A stretch of DNA of 64,000 nucleotides. Source: Lama glama. Lineage: Eukaryota. The notes below the pieces were generated by a model that ran no database searches, was not told the origin of the DNA, and saw only the letters and a list, made by a program, of their open reading frames with translations. The position numbers were made by a program, and so were the translations under genes. Location of the stretch: positions 37,014,001 through 37,078,000 of the forward strand of contig CM052837.1 of the NCBI GenBank assembly GCA_028534125.1. Direction: 5' to 3'. The stretch's first letter is position 1; every line of letters starts with the position of its first letter. Positions 38,072 through 51,959 of the stretch are shown here, one piece after another.

Positions 38072-38590
38072 CGCGGGAGTGTGGAATGCAGCCACTTTGG
38101 AAAACGGCCTGGCAGTTCCTCAAAAAGCCAAACAGTTACCCTAAACCCAGCAGTCCCCTTCCTAGGTGTGTGCCTGAGAGAGATGAGGACATATCCCCGT
38201 GAAGACTTGTCCACCAGCGTTTATAGTAGCTTTACTCATAGGGGCCAAAAGTGGAAAGAACCCAAATGTCATTGCATTATGAATAAACAAATAAAATACG
38301 GTCTAGCCACACAAGGAGTGTTGTTCTGCCCTTAAAAGGAATGCAGTTCTGATCCACATCACTACGGGGATGAATCCTGAAAACGCTGCACTAATTCGAC
38401 GGAGCCAGACGAAAGATTCCCCGAGCTGTGTGACCCTCCCCCCTCCACGAAACGTTCAGAATAAGCCAGTCCTAAGAGGCAGAAGGCAGGTCAGCGGTTG
38501 CCCGGGTCTGATGGAGTATGGGCATGCAGAGTGATAACTGGGGTGCAGGGCTGGTTTTCGGGGTGATAAAATGTTCCAAAATGGACTAGG
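38072..38590 (+). mobile_element. L1MB/L1M 3' fragment
   Basis: gcagccactttggaaaacggcctggcagttcctcaaaaag ... aagtggaaagaacccaaatgtc ... ggggtgataaaatgttccaaaat. Confidence 0.9.
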
Positions 38591-39344
38591 CCATCTGCAG
38601 CTCAGGCTCCCCCGGCCCAGGACGCCCCCCTTGATGCCCACGCCTCCACCTGTGGCCTGGCTGACCCCTGAAAGGACAGATCCCGTCCCAGGCCAGGGCC
38701 CCACGGTCCAGGCGCCCCACCCACAAAGCACTCTCCGCAGCAGCTTCTCCCCAACATACCCTGTCTCCATGGTGATGCTTCCAGGTCTCCTCTGCCTCTT
38801 TCCCTCAGTTTCCCAGCATCACACCAGAGCGGCCTGGCTGGGCACAGCCAGGAGGAACATGCAAAGCGACCACCAGCTGCACCCTGGACACATAGCTGTG
38901 TGGGGGGCCCATTCCCAGCAGGGCTTCCCTCCCAGGCACCACACAAGCCCACGTGTGTTTGTCTGGGGCCGCCTCTCCCTCCTTGGAGGTCTTTAGAGGA
39001 CCAGACAGGACAGGGGGGCCGGTTGAGCCCACGGAGGGGCCTGCCAGCTGCTGGCCACCCTCTGCACTCCTGAGGGGCCCCCTGCAGCCTTAGGATGGGG
39101 AATGGGGTGCCAGACCTAACTCTCCCCTCAGCTTCCAAACACCACAGAGGGCCGAACACTGACACATGTCCAGCCCTGGAGGCCATTCTGCTCCCGCCTG
39201 GCCTCCGTGTCCCCAGGTGTCTTTTCATTGGAAAGGCTCTTTGCTGGGTTGAAGCCAGAATGGGGCTCGACGTGAGCGCAAATGATTTTGCCTTCATAGT
39301 TCACAAAGTGTGTATCAGTTGGTGCCACCCACTCTGCGTGCACC

Positions 39345-39395
39345 CGACACGCACACACACACGCACGCACACGCACACGCACACACACGCGCACA
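39345..39395 (+). repeat. (CA)/(CGCA) microsatellite
   Basis: Read directly from the sequence. Confidence 0.9.
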
Positions 39396-42108
39396 TTACT
39401 CAGGAGGAGACTGGCGTCAGAAGCCCCCGCCTCTGTGCACACACTGGGCGTTTACCTCTGCTTTGTGACACTGATTAAATGCTCGTGGCTGACTTTGGGC
39501 CCAGTTCCTTTCATTTCTTGAAGCTCACATGTCATTGGCAGCAAGGAGTTAAGTCTTTTGATGTCCCAAAACACAGGAAGTTTAACAAATCTCCAGAGTG
39601 TTTGCTGCAATTTTTCACCCACCTCCTTCCATGAGGGAAGCAGTGACCTTCCCCCGTGCCCTTTTTGGAAATTAGAACCGGCCCCCTGCCCACCTCCCCT
39701 GTGGCCAGTGGGCCCCTCGAGTTCCTGTGGGCTAGCCGTTCTGGCCATGCTCCCCCAGCCTGACCTGGGCAGGGCAAGCAGGACCCCGAATGCCAGATGA
39801 CCCCTGCCTGGTACCACACTGGCCCTTGCTCCAGACAGGCCTGTCCAGGGATGCGACGCCCAGGGGCAGGGAGTTGGTGCTGCCCGCCGGCCGGCATCAC
39901 CTCCATCAGCTTAGGGGGACGGCAGAGAGGCCAGTTCCCCTCTCCGGTCTCAGGCCTGGATGTCAACACTTAATCTAGATGGCATTGCCTCCCCTGGTTT
40001 GAAATTCTCCTGAAGTCTTTTTTAAGCAAAAAATCAACACCAACACCAATTAGAGAGAGAGCCTTCCCACCACTGCCTTCTGGGGCTGGTCCCTCCGTGT
40101 CCACCAGACACACCTTCCAGGAGGACGGGTCCAGGACAGAGCAGCACGCCACCTCCGCTAAGGAGGCACTGGCCAGGCCCTGGCAAAGTCCTCAGCTCCT
40201 CGCAGCCAACAGTGGACACCATGGCCCCTTGCACCGCAGGTCAAACTCCACCCACCCCAGTGCCGTGGACCCAACACACGGTCCCTGAAGTATCAGAAGA
40301 CCAGCGCCACTGAGCTGGACAAGTCCTGCTTACGATTTCATCTTCATTTCATCAACCAGGAACCCAGGGGCTGAAGACAAGCCCTGGTCCCTTGGATCCA
40401 CTGTGTTTGGGGGCCCTGGTTGGTGGGTGACGCAGAGAGGGGCATCCTTGGACATCTCAGCTGGGTCTTTGGTCTGTGTCCCCACCATCATGTTCCCCGA
40501 GCAATATCGTGCCCGCCAGGACTGAGGCGGGTGAGCCAGGGCATTCATGTGTGGGTCCAGCCCAGGTCTGTGGTCTGCCAGGGGTCTGCCAGCCGCTTCC
40601 ATGTCCCTGCTTGCACACATACACACAGATATTTGCACACCTATGTGGGCGCACATGGCACAAAGACATTTCCACCTTCAGCCTAGGGATTACTGGCTTG
40701 GACGTTACGGAAAAATGGGAAGAAAGGGAAGAACTGCCCGGCCACCAGCCAGGGGCTGCTATGGCATTTCTGAGACAGAAACCGGGCCAATCGGCACAGA
40801 CGGAAGAGGCGTGTGTGGCAGGAACCGCACGCTCCTGCGCACGCACCGGTGCGCTCAGCAAGGCTGAATGCAGACCGCGGGGCTGGTAAGGACAGCGCAC
40901 CTCATGAATATTCACGAGCTGATGGAGGCAAAGCCAATTAACCACTTGGCAGCTCCATTTCTCCTGGATCCACTCTCCTCGTTTAACTATCAGCCGCCTT
41001 GGGGCAGGTGCTGAGGGCTCTCCCCCCAGCGCTGGGAGGGGTCTTTGCTATTGCCAGACATGTCTCTGACCCAGGGTGTCCCAGTGGTCCTGCGGTTGGC
41101 CACTTGTTCCCCCTGCAGGATCCCAAGTCCCACCCAGGAGCCAAGCACAGCTCAGTGGACTTCCCGAAGGACCCGTCCAACCATCCACTCCTGCCCTCCC
41201 TCCTTGATCCCTGACTGGGGCCGTGACATTGCAGTGACCTCAGCCTTAGCCAGCCTCTCCAATGTCACTGCAGCCACTTCCCAGAGCCCCAGCCCAGGTC
41301 CCTGGAAAGTAGATCCTGAGGCAAGGGTTGCCTGTCCCTGAGGGCAAGGACTGGAACTTCTACAGATGAACTCTGTAGGGGCAGGAGGCATGACTGCTGG
41401 GCTGTCACCTCGGGGTGGGCTGTCAGGAGTCCCAGCTGGATGCCCAGAGGGTGAGGACTCCGGAAAGTTTGCAAAGAGAAGCTGCACCTCAGAGCAGCCC
41501 AGAGCAGAGTGGGTTTGTCTGCCTGGTTCCCTCCTGTCTCCCTTCCCCTCTGGCCCAGGTCCACCCCTCTGGAGCCCACCCCTTGCATTTCCATCTGTGC
41601 CCTCTGGGGCCACACAGGGAACCAGATCCCTCCCACTCCCGAAGTCTGGATGGGCTGCCCTCTGAGCCCACCAGGTGCACGGAGCCCTGAGTCCTACCCA
41701 CTGCCCAGTGGGCTGCGAGCATGGGGGTGGCCTGCCTCATCCTGCCCAGAGCTGGGTGTCTGGCACCAAGGTGGGCAGGATCCACCCACACTGGTTAAAG
41801 GGCAGCTCGAGGGCCAAGGTGGCCCCAGAGGACCCAGTGGAGAGGAGGCTACATGCCCACTGTGCTGCTGCCAAGATGGAGGGGAAGGTCTCTGTGAGCT
41901 CTCAGGACCGCTCACACCAGCGAGAGGACACCTGGTCACTCTGGGCCCCAGTCCTGCCTCCCCTGACCAGCCACAGGCCCTGGGGGGTCACTGCTGTCTC
42001 TGAGCTTTAGTTTTCTCAGCAAGGGAAACTCACCAGGCCCTTCCACAGTGGTCAGGCTTTCTCACCATGGTGAAAACAGTGATGACTGCCACAGGGTGTA
42101 CTTGTGAC

Positions 42109-42189
42109 CTGAGCTCTACTGAGCCCTACCTGGCCCTACCTTAACCCTACCTGAGCCCGGCCTGACCCTTACTGACCCCTACCTGAGCT
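42109..42189 (+). repeat. Degenerate 10-11-bp minisatellite (CCTGAGCCCTA-like, about 8 units)
   Basis: ctgagctcta ctgagcccta cctggcccta ccttaacccta cctgagcccgg cctgaccctta ctgaccccta cctgagct. Confidence 0.8.
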
Positions 42190-43799
42190 GGGAATTCCGC
42201 TTGCCCCTCCCCCATCTGCTGTCCTGCTCCAGCCACGGGGCTGATCCCCTCTCTGCTCGAGGCCCTCGGACCTCCAGTGGGGCCCAGGTGGGAGGAGAGC
42301 TGGGGGCCTGCCTGCCTGCCTCCTCCACCTTGGCCCCTCTCCTGGTAGCCCCCCACAAACACTGCCCACCTCTGTCCTCTCTTGACCCTCAGGTGAGGGT
42401 GGTTGCAGCTCATGTAGCTCTGTGTCCCCTGGAAACAGCCTCTTCACATCCAGTCCCGCAGGGCTCACTGCCAGCCCGCAGGGCTTTGAGGATCAGGTGG
42501 CCCACCTTCGAGAGGCCCACAACAGAGGAAGAGGAAGGGGTTAGCAGGGAAACAGAACCACAAAGTCACCTCACACACTGGTACCAAGGGGCCAAGGAAG
42601 ACTGCAGGGCTACTCAGGGCTGGGGCCAGTCCTGGTGCTGAGCCACTGGAGGAGAGCACAGGGGGCAGACTGCATCTCTGTGTGGAGAGTGGATTGTCAG
42701 CAGGTGCGGGGCTGAGCGGGTGAGGTCCCTGCCCAGGGTGGCAGGGGTTGGGGCCCTCTGGGGAGGCTGCACTGCTGGGGGGGGACAGGCTCAGTGTTGG
42801 GCTGGGGCAGGTGGAGAGGGCAGGAGGTGTTGAGACCTGTCCTGGCCAGCGATGCGAGGGCAGAAGCCCTGGGGTCAGTCAGGAGGAGGGGGCAGGAGGC
42901 CTGAGGCGAGAGTCCTGGAGGGCACCACACCCAAATCGCTGTCCTGCAGAGGGGCCCCAGCACCCCAGAACAGAGCGGAGACCTCCGTGAGGCACAGAGC
43001 CACAACCAGGGCGGGCACGGGCCCAGGACCACCGAGGCCTGCAGACAGCACCGCTGTTGGACTGCAATGGGGGCAAGGCTTACGGTCCTGGGGGACTTCT
43101 CAGGGGTTTGGAAACCTGCCCCTCACCAGCAATCCCCTGACTTCCCAGCACCCAGAGGATGGCGCGTGAGGCCCGCGTTCTGGACAAGCCAGAAAGCCCA
43201 GGCTGTCGCCCACACTTCGTGGCTGGCTAGGGGTGTGCTCTATCCCTCTCAAATTAAGGGAAGGGAGCAATGACCAGGGGTCCCTTTCACAAGGGACCGG
43301 GCGCTGTCAGGGGTTGCAAGAGCCCTGGCTGTCTGGGCAGCACCTTGGACAGCTCCCAGCCTGTCCCGAAACTCCCGGCACCACCGAGCAGGGTGCACCC
43401 TCTGGGGGTCCCAGCTCCCTCTCCTGCTCCTGGGGGTCCCTCAGGATCTCTGATGGAGGAGCCAGGTTCAGCTGGTATCCCCAGCGATGGCCTGACCAGG
43501 GGGAAGGAAGCACCACCCCCCTGCACTCCCGAAGTCGAGCTTGGGAGGCCAAGGGCAGCAGCCCCTCCCCTCAGGTCTTCATGACCCAAGGCCTCTGATG
43601 GTCCCCGTTCTAGTACCACTCTGCTGGTCCATTTCTGATCACCTCCTTTCTCCTTGCTCCTTGCTCAGTCCTGGTGGAGGCCAGGTGCTCTTAGATGAGG
43701 TGGGGGTCTCAAAATGGGAGAAAAACTTCCCAGGACTGTCTTACTTCAAAAGTGTGCATTGTTATTAACATGTTACTTTTAAGAATGAAACAGCTAAAT

Positions 43800-43940
43800 T
43801 CTCTCACAAGTCCCAGGAGGTGGGTGTTGTCAGTGTCCCCATTTCTCAGATGAGGACACTGAGGCTCAGAGTGGCTCAGGGGCCCTTGGTGAGGAGAGGC
43901 AGAGGGGATTCACCGAGGCCTCTGATTTCAGAACTGACTC
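43800..43940 (-). mobile_element. MIR SINE
   Basis: tccccatttctcagatgaggacactgaggctcagag. Confidence 0.85.
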
Positions 43941-45269
43941 TCCAGCCAAGAGGCCAGGGCCTGCCTGAATTTGGACACCAGCAAAGATGACCCAGAATGC
44001 CCCCAGGGAGAAACTCAGCCAGGTACTGACCGACTCATGGAGGCCATGTCCCTCCAAAGGGGCCAAGTTCCAGGGGGGTGAGGTGAGGAGCATCCAGGGG
44101 CCTGGTGGGGTAGGCCAGGCCCCCTGCAGGAAGGGTCCTGAAGGAGAGGTGACAGGCGGGTAAGGAGAGAGGGGACCCCAGGTCTGGGAGAGGAGTGAGG
44201 GAGCAGGGAGGCAGGGTGGGTCTGGGGGCCTCTGGCCGAAGGTCAGCTGAAATGGGGGACACGCACGGTGTCCTCACCTGCCAGCACGATCTCTCATCCG
44301 TTATGCCATGGGAGCCTTCCACTTTCAAGAATGATTTACAAGAAAATATTTTTGCAAAAGCAAGTTCAGTGTGTCCTCATCCTCTCTGCGATGGTGGTGA
44401 TGTGAATGGACTGTTTCATTAATATTAGCCCCGGCCCTGTCAGCAGGATGGGCCCTGGCTTGGCTCAGAGGGCAGAAACCCAGCCAGCCAAGGTGCATAC
44501 CAGGAAGGCCCCAATCCCCCTGAGGGCCACAGTCCCTCAGAGATGGGGGTCCGGGTGCAGTGAGGGAAGGATGCTCAGGGTGCCCTGCCTCTGTGGTACA
44601 GCCCACTCTGCCAGAGCCACGGCTCAGGACCTGGGTCCATGCAGCTGCAGCAAGTCACCTGTTAGAGAAGGACAGAGGGAGTGTGGCTGAGAGCTGTGTG
44701 AGACCCCAGAGGGCCCTGTCCAGGAAGGCAACCACTCAGGCCCCAGAAAAACCCTTCCATCTGCATGGAGAGCACAGCACAGCTCCCTCCCCGCCCTCTG
44801 CTCTCCAGCTCTGACCTATTTTCAGGGACAAGGGATCCTCTGAATTCCTCCTTCCTGCAACCAGTGGTGTAAAGGAAAGCTTAGGAGGAGTGGCGCCTGG
44901 GAGGTACTTGAGCCTGGCCTTGGGATGGGGATGGGGCAGCTCCAAAAGGCAAGAGAAAATGGTCATCCTAGATCAGACTGGCCCCTGGAGGAGGCAGTGT
45001 CCAGGGACAGGATGCAGGCCAGCAGGGCCTCCACCCTTTCTAAGGCAAAGCTCAGGAATCCGAGTCGCTGGAGGAGAGCTCACTGCTCACCGGAGCTGGT
45101 GTCAGGGAGAGTGCACACTGACCCCCAGGACTGCATCTCTGGTCCAGCCCTCCCTGCCACTCTGCACGACAGATCAGTGGTTACTTGCCCCAGGAAGGGG
45201 ACAGGGTCCAGTGCAGAGGGATCAGGGACATACCTAAGGCCAACAAGCAAGAGACAGAGGGCACCATCC

Positions 45270-45640
45270 AGCGAGGAGGTGTAAGAGCATGTAGGAGACT
45301 TTCATAAGGGGCATCTTACAGAGCCATGGCAGGAGCAGAAAAGCCAGGGACAGAACAATGTCCTGGGGTTCATGGAATTGAGGCTGTTGCCCCTCCAGGC
45401 TAGAGGAACACAGGGGAGCAGCTGCTGGAAGGAGCTGTGGCTGTCAGTCAAGGACAGGGCACCCTGCAAGGAAGGTGTGGGATAGACACTAACTCAATCT
45501 CCCTCATCCCTCAGATCTGCTGGTGCCTCCCAGTCAAAGCCAGCTGGAAGCCAGAGGCATGGAGCCCACAGATGCAGCACCTGGGCAGCCACCCAGAGCG
45601 CAGAGCAAAAAGGAGGAGGAAGAGATAGGTGCACATTGCA
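45270..45640. mobile_element. Old ERVL-type LTR fragment (LTR33-like)
   Basis: ccctcagatctgctggtgcctccca ... ggaagccagaggcatggagcccacagatgcagc; family assigned from memory. Confidence 0.45.
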
Positions 45641-48048
45641 GAGAAAACCGCAAATCTTAGCAGTCATTCACACCTTAGTGAGAGTTGGTGTCTAAGAAAC
45701 CCCAAAGGAAGGTATAGGGAGAAAGAAGGCTTGGAGAGACGGTGAAAAGCAGAGCTGCACAAAGTGGTCCAAGGGATGGCAAAGGGTGACGGTGACCACA
45801 GTGCATATCCAAGTGGACATGTCCGCTCTTCGCCTCTGCTCCTGCCTGGCAGACATTCAGCTCCACCTCCCTCCTCACAGACCTCCAGGTGCGCTCCCTG
45901 GTGGCACAGAATTCTGGCACACCCTCCCTTGTCCAGCCTGAGACACCTCCAGTAATAGAGACAAGGGCCCTCGGCAACCCCAGGGTCAGCTCGTGCCACT
46001 CCACCCCCAGTCACCACCACGGCCCGCTCCAGGCGGACCTCCCACCCTCGGAGCAAGCTCTGGGTGGAAACAATCCCAAGTTAGGAAGTGAAGCCTGATG
46101 CTTGAGCGAGCCCCTCGTGCAGAAACCGTGAGACCCTGGGCGTGGAGGCCCCTGAGGCCGCCAGTCCGAGAGCCTCAGTGTCCCTGCCCCACTGGGCCCC
46201 CAAGACCCTCTGCGGTTCTGCCTCCACTTCCCCTTCGGCCCCGTCCAGTCCTCTTATTTAAGAACCTGTGTTTTAGAGAGAGCTTTGTGTCTCTACTAGT
46301 AGTGGGAAATCAATCTCACTCGCCCCGAATGAACATCGGCCCTGTGATGCACACAAAGCCAAGCAGCCTCGCTCAACCCCTCGCGCCTGGGGCCCGCAAG
46401 AGGCTTGAGTGTGGCGTGAGCGGCTGAGCATTTGCGCCGGGGCCCCTCCTCCACACACAGGCCCCTGAGGTGGGCGGTCCCCCACCCCAGCCCCCAACGC
46501 CCCTACCAAGTCGAGACCAGGCCCCTTAGTGTGGCCCCACAGCCCCCCAGTCTGGGCAGCGCCTGTCCACCCGGCCCCACATTCCCACTGGCACCCCCTG
46601 CCCTCCTCCCAGGGCACCCAGCACAGGCTCGGTGTCTGTCCCCTGCCGCCAGTGACTACAGCACACGGCCTCCCCCTGCCCCACCGCCACCTGCGTAAAC
46701 CCTGGGTTCTCGCATCTCCTCCCAGGCTCCGCACTGGTCCCATAGAAGGGTCGATTTTCCTGGGGACCAAGGCTTGTCCTCCCCAGCCCCCACCCCACCC
46801 TCCCATCCCAAGGCCTGGTCTGAGGTTCCATTTGTTCATCCCAGCAGGGGACACTGTGACATTTGCCTCGAGGGGTGGGGGGCAGCCCTGAAGAGGATGG
46901 CAGGAAACTGTTCCTGTCCCTAAGAGCAAACAAGTCGGAGAAGCCCCTCCAAGGCCCCCCTTTCCTGCTGGGGTCACTCAGGAGGAGTAGAGGTGGGGGC
47001 TAGGGGGCTGGAGAAAGGTGCGGATTAGGGAGGAAAAGGGAGCCGGAGGCTGTCAGAGATGAAGGGAGGTGGGGGGCGGGGATGGCAGGAGGATGGAGGC
47101 AGAGAGGGAAGGTCAACTGGGTGGGAGGAGGGACGGTGGTGAGGGAACGACAGGAAAACCCAGATGGGAGAGGTTCCCAGAGGCAACACCCTGCAGAGGG
47201 GGGCACTGCGGGAGGGCCTGGGGACCTGGGGGGCTGCCTAGAACCCCTCCTCCCCCGGAGGCCACCATCCTTCCTCACGCCTGGAGCAGGGCTGTGGCCC
47301 AGGCTGTACGGGGAGGAAGCAGGGATGAGGCAGTGCCCTCACCAGCGTAGACTCGGGACAAAGAGTCTTGGTCTTGGGGCCAGGCTGGGGAGACAAATAG
47401 GCAGGTGGGGTAAGGGTCTCCTGGAGGAGATCCCAAGGCCAAGGGGGTCCCTGCCCTCAGCTCTGCAAGGCCCAGATTCCAGAAGGAAAGTGCCTCTAAG
47501 TGGGCACCCTACCCCATGGGGTCCTGCACACCGGGGTGGGCTGGGGCGCACAACCACGCAGGAGGGGCTCGGGGCTGGCGACGGGTGCTCTGCAGGCCCT
47601 GGAGGGCTCCCAGGGCAACGAGACTCCACAGCCCGCTCCTGCTCTGGCCTCTGTGCTTTCTGGAGGGCAGCAGTGGGGGTAAGCCCTTGCCCTTGCATTC
47701 CCAGGGTGGGGTCTGCTGACACTGGACCCCTAGGTGGGGCCAGTGGGGGCCAGCCTGGGTCACGTCCCCTCAACACATCCTCTGGGACCCGGGCTGGGCC
47801 TGGGGGCAATGGGGCTGCTCCAACACCAGGACCAGCCCAAGGAGCGGGCCGGCCCTGATGTTGGGGGAGGGCGGCTGGGGGGCAGAGGAGCCTCCTGGAA
47901 CCTTAGGAAGTTGGGCAGGGACGTGCGGGGAACAAAAGGCCCATTTCCACCACTGACCAGGCATCCAACCAGTGCCCCTCACTCCAGGCCCTGCCTGGGA
48001 CTCTGCGCTGACCTCCACGCTCCATGACTGCCCAGGTGCGCCACTTAC

Positions 48049-48330
48049 CTGGCTTCCTGGAGAGCACCCGCCAGCGTCCACAGCCCCGTGACCCAGCTAG
48101 AGAGTTGCATCCCTGGGGCTGGTGGGCCCTCGCCTGTCTGTCCCTCGCAGTGGGGCTGGGCTAGCTGGGGCCAGGGAGGAGGGGCAGGGGGCGGGAGCTG
48201 CAGGAGAGGGGCTGCAGCCTCATTTCCATGCTGGGCCCCGTGCCCCCGCCCCATTGTGCGCCCAGGCCGGCGGCTCACAATCGCTGCCTTTGTGGTGGTG
48301 GTGCTCCCGCCCTCCGCCCTCCGCCCTCCG
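48049..48330 (-). other. Candidate alternative 5' exon ending GAAGCCAG|GTAAGT
   Basis: Second perfect donor on the minus strand (intron starts 48048); tandem GC-box-like cccgccctccgccctccgccc near 48305-48330 lies upstream; 5' end is a guess. Confidence 0.35.
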
Positions 48331-50308
48331 CACTCAAGCGTGGAGGCGTCCTGGCCCCCCACCCACTTCAAAGGGCAGCGGGAGGAATTCCCCCTCTGCC
48401 CCCCCCCCGTCCTGGCCTCCTCCAGACCTAAGCCAAGGGGTGGAGGGTCCAGGCGGAGACCTGAGCTCCTACACTGCCAAGGGATTGTGGGGGGGGGGTG
48501 TGCTGTGTTTACATCCTCCCCCCGACCCCTCCACGTCCCACCCCAGAGAAATAGAAGCAGCGAGTTTGGCAGGTTGGTGTCCTTGGAGCAAGGCCCAGCT
48601 GTGTAGGGTGGGGCCTCAGGCCCCACCCCTGGGGCCCCACCCCTCTCGGCCTCAAGCACCTGCTCTGTCAGTCTTTGGGAGTGGTGGGAGGGAATGGGGG
48701 AATGGGCACCTCGGGGATGTTGGGAGTCACTGGTGCCTGGGGGAAGAGAATTTGGGCCTTGCCGCAGGAGCAGGCTGTGTGTGAGGGCCTCTGAGGTCCT
48801 GGACCACCCAAGGGGGAGCTTGGAAGTTGTAGATCATTTTAAGGCTACAGGGGGCACAGAGCAGGGGTTGGGCCCGGAATCCTGTGGCGCTGACAGCAAA
48901 CTCTTCCTCCCTTTGGCTGGAAGCCCTCACCCCCTCCCCCGCCCCAGGCTACATCTGCACTCAGACCCCTGCCACCGGCTTCCAGCCTCTCCCCACTTCC
49001 CTCAGGTCGCAAGACTCTGTCCCCATTTCTCCCCCACCTTGGAACGAGGGCTGGGTCAAGGGTCAAGCGGCCAAGAGCCAGTGGTTTCCAGATGCGGCCA
49101 CAGCACCTCCCCTTTCTAGAGGAATGACAGGCCTCGCACCCAGGAGGGGGCGGGCGTGTGACGAGCAGGCAGGAGCAGAAAGGGCGGGGGTTCTTTGCTG
49201 GTTTCTGTGGATTTAATCCCACGCTATTCGCAGGCTTTCACGGCGGCAGAGGGGAGGGGAGGGGGAAGGGGGTCTCAGCCGCGTCCCTCCCTCCCCCTGC
49301 CCGAGAAGCCACCTGACCCATCTCCAAGTTGTTGGCCCTGGCTTGCGAGGGGGTCTTTGTGCGCAACGGAGGAGTCTGCCTGGAACCTGGAGCCCTGAGC
49401 CACCGGCCGTGCTGCCTTCCCGTACCGTTCGCTCGGAGCCGGGGAGCCCCTGCCCCCATCTGGGGAGCTGGCAAATAAATAAATCCACAAACACAAATTC
49501 TCAGTGTGCTGGGCGGAATTGGCGGCGTGGGCAGCGGCGAGAGAAGGCGCACGGGGTGCGGCCAGGCTGGGGTGCTGTGAGGCTGCACCAGCGCCCAAGA
49601 AGCCGATGGGAGCACACACCCGAGCAGGGGCCTGGCAGCAGTAAGTTGACTTTTATTAAAGCTTTGGAGGCTTCAGGGCCACCAAGAAGGTCCCCACTGG
49701 GCTGGCGCAGAAGGGCGGGCTCCCTTTCCTACCCAGCACCTGCCCCCATGCTCAGGGCAGCCCTTCGTCCTACATGCCAGGACTGGGGGTCACTGGTCGC
49801 TAGGAATGGAAGAAGGGGTGATCCTTGGGCCTCATGGGTGCTCAGGATTCCAAGAGACAAAATAGTAACAGCAAATGCCTGTAGGCGGTCCTGGGGATGC
49901 GCAAAAAGCGGGCCTGGCCCAAGGGAAGAGGGGCAAGACCCCTCCCCCACCTGACCTGCTTGGGGAGAGATCTGCCTGCCAGTGGTGTGGGGAGACAGAG
50001 AGAGGTGCTCGGCCAGGGAAGGGGGCAGCCCCTGTGACCATTCCCTGGCCCTCGCTGGAGCCAGCCTTGTAGGAAAGGGGATCCAAAGAAAGAGCTGGGG
50101 GTCTTTAAACCGGAGGCACCATCCATCGCTCTCAGAATGCAGACAAGCTCCAGGGAGCTGGAGGCCAGAGCCGGCCTGCACCTGTCCAGGAAGCCAAGGT
50201 GGGGGTGCGGGGCGGGGGGCTCCAACCATCTGAAGGAGAGGACAGAAGTTGGGGGAGAGAAGCCAGAGGTGAGATGGGAGAAGATGAGAAGGGGGTTCAG
50301 GGTTCTGT

Positions 50309-50329
50309 TTCAACACCATGGACAGCGGC
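50309..50329 (+). promoter_or_regulatory. RE1/NRSE (REST site)
   Basis: TTCAACACCATGGACAGCGGC; two mismatches to consensus, canonical 2-bp spacer. Confidence 0.75.
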
Positions 50330-51644
50330 GCCCCCCTCCTTCCCCCCACCGCCACCCGTAGCTGTGGGGACCCGCCCCAGAGGCGTTAGAGGCCCCGGAT
50401 GATGGTCTCTGATGAAGCTGAATTTGCCAGCTGCCCAGTGTCCCTCGCCCTCCACCACTACCAGCAAGCATCCAGCCTGGGCCCAGCTGTGGCTGTGAAC
50501 CCTGCAGGCTTGGGGTCTTACTGGGCATTGGGCTTGGGGAGGTGAAGCTCAGCTTCTGAGTGGAGGAGTTGGGGGTGGTTTGTGCCCCATGCAAGGGCGA
50601 AGGGCCACTCCTGACACCAGCAAAGGGCGAGCTGCGGCAGCTGGGAAGGGTTCTAAGGCGGAGGGCCGTCCTGGTGGGTTGAGGACTGAGGGTGGGGGTG
50701 GGGGTGGGGGAGTGTTGAGGACAGAGTCACTCAGAGTGCCAGCCCCCTTCCTAGTCGGCTTTGCTTCCCGAGGGCTCCGGCAGTGCTGGACAGGGCCAGA
50801 AGGAACAGGACGGTGTGCCGAAGGTGGGAGGATCAGTGGGCTCTGCTCTGAGGGCAGATGGCACAGGAGCTGGGTGGGCCTGGAGGGAAGGAGATGGGAC
50901 AGTGTCCTGCTGGCTGGGACTGGGCCTGTGGCTCCCTCACCGTCTGCACTGGAACAAAGGCCTGTGGAGGAGGCATGAGCTGGTGTGGCTTAGGGAAGCC
51001 ACTGGTCCTTGGCCCTAGAGGGACAAATCAGGTTCAACCCTCAGAAGGACTCCAAGGAGAGAGCACTGGCTCAGCAATCAGGCCATGAAGTGTGTCGCCT
51101 GTGCTTCCGTGGGCCGTGGGCTGGGGGACAAGGACTTCCCACGCGAGTCAGGGCCGTGGGAAGAGCAGTCTTGGATGGCGGGTGGCTCCCTGCCCCGGGA
51201 GGTATAACCACCCGGCAGGGCAGACGGCAGCGGGCCTGCGGCCACTCACTAGCACGGAGCTCTCTCAGCAAGTACCTTGCCTTTCTCCCAGGGCTGGGGG
51301 TGGGGGTGCTGGGGAGTGTGTCATTCGGGAGAAAACAGGAGGATGCGACCCGCAGTGAAGGCCTGAGTGAGGTGGTGCGTCTAGGGGTGAAACTAGGCTG
51401 TGTGCAGCCAAGGCGTGGCTGGTGGGTGTCAGTGGGAGTTCAGAGGGGCTGCGGCCGGTGGGCTGCAGGAGGAGCGTTCGCGTGGGTGCAGGACGGGTGC
51501 GGGAGGGGTTCGGGTGTGTGACAGAGAGAGGCGTTTCCGTGGGCAAACGTGTGGCCACAGGGCACTGGGGAGGGTCGGAGGTCCTTGAGGGTGGCGTCCG
51601 TGCGAGCGGAAGAGCGTGCGGGGCGCGACGCGGCGAGTGTGCGC

Positions 51645-51869
51645 NNNNNNNNNNNNNNNNNNNNNNNNNNNNNNNNNNNNNNNNNNNNNNNNNNNNNNNN
51701 NNNNNNNNNNNNNNNNNNNNNNNNNNNNNNNNNNNNNNNNNNNNNNNNNNNNNNNNNNNNNNNNNNNNNNNNNNNNNNNNNNNNNNNNNNNNNNNNNNNN
51801 NNNNNNNNNNNNNNNNNNNNNNNNNNNNNNNNNNNNNNNNNNNNNNNNNNNNNNNNNNNNNNNNNNNNN
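51645..51869. other. Assembly gap (N run)
   Basis: N characters. Confidence 1.
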
Positions 51870-51959
51870 GCCAGCCCGGGCGAGGAAGAGCTGGGCGCCC
51901 CCAGCTCTGAGCCCGCGGACGGTCGGCTCCCAGCTGGCCCGAGGTGCTCGGGGACTTAC

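Noticed and set aside
42109-42189. Possible interstitial telomeric or Ig switch-like repeat
   Set aside because: Unit is 10-11 bp with only one TAACCC; too short and degenerate, so treated as an ordinary minisatellite
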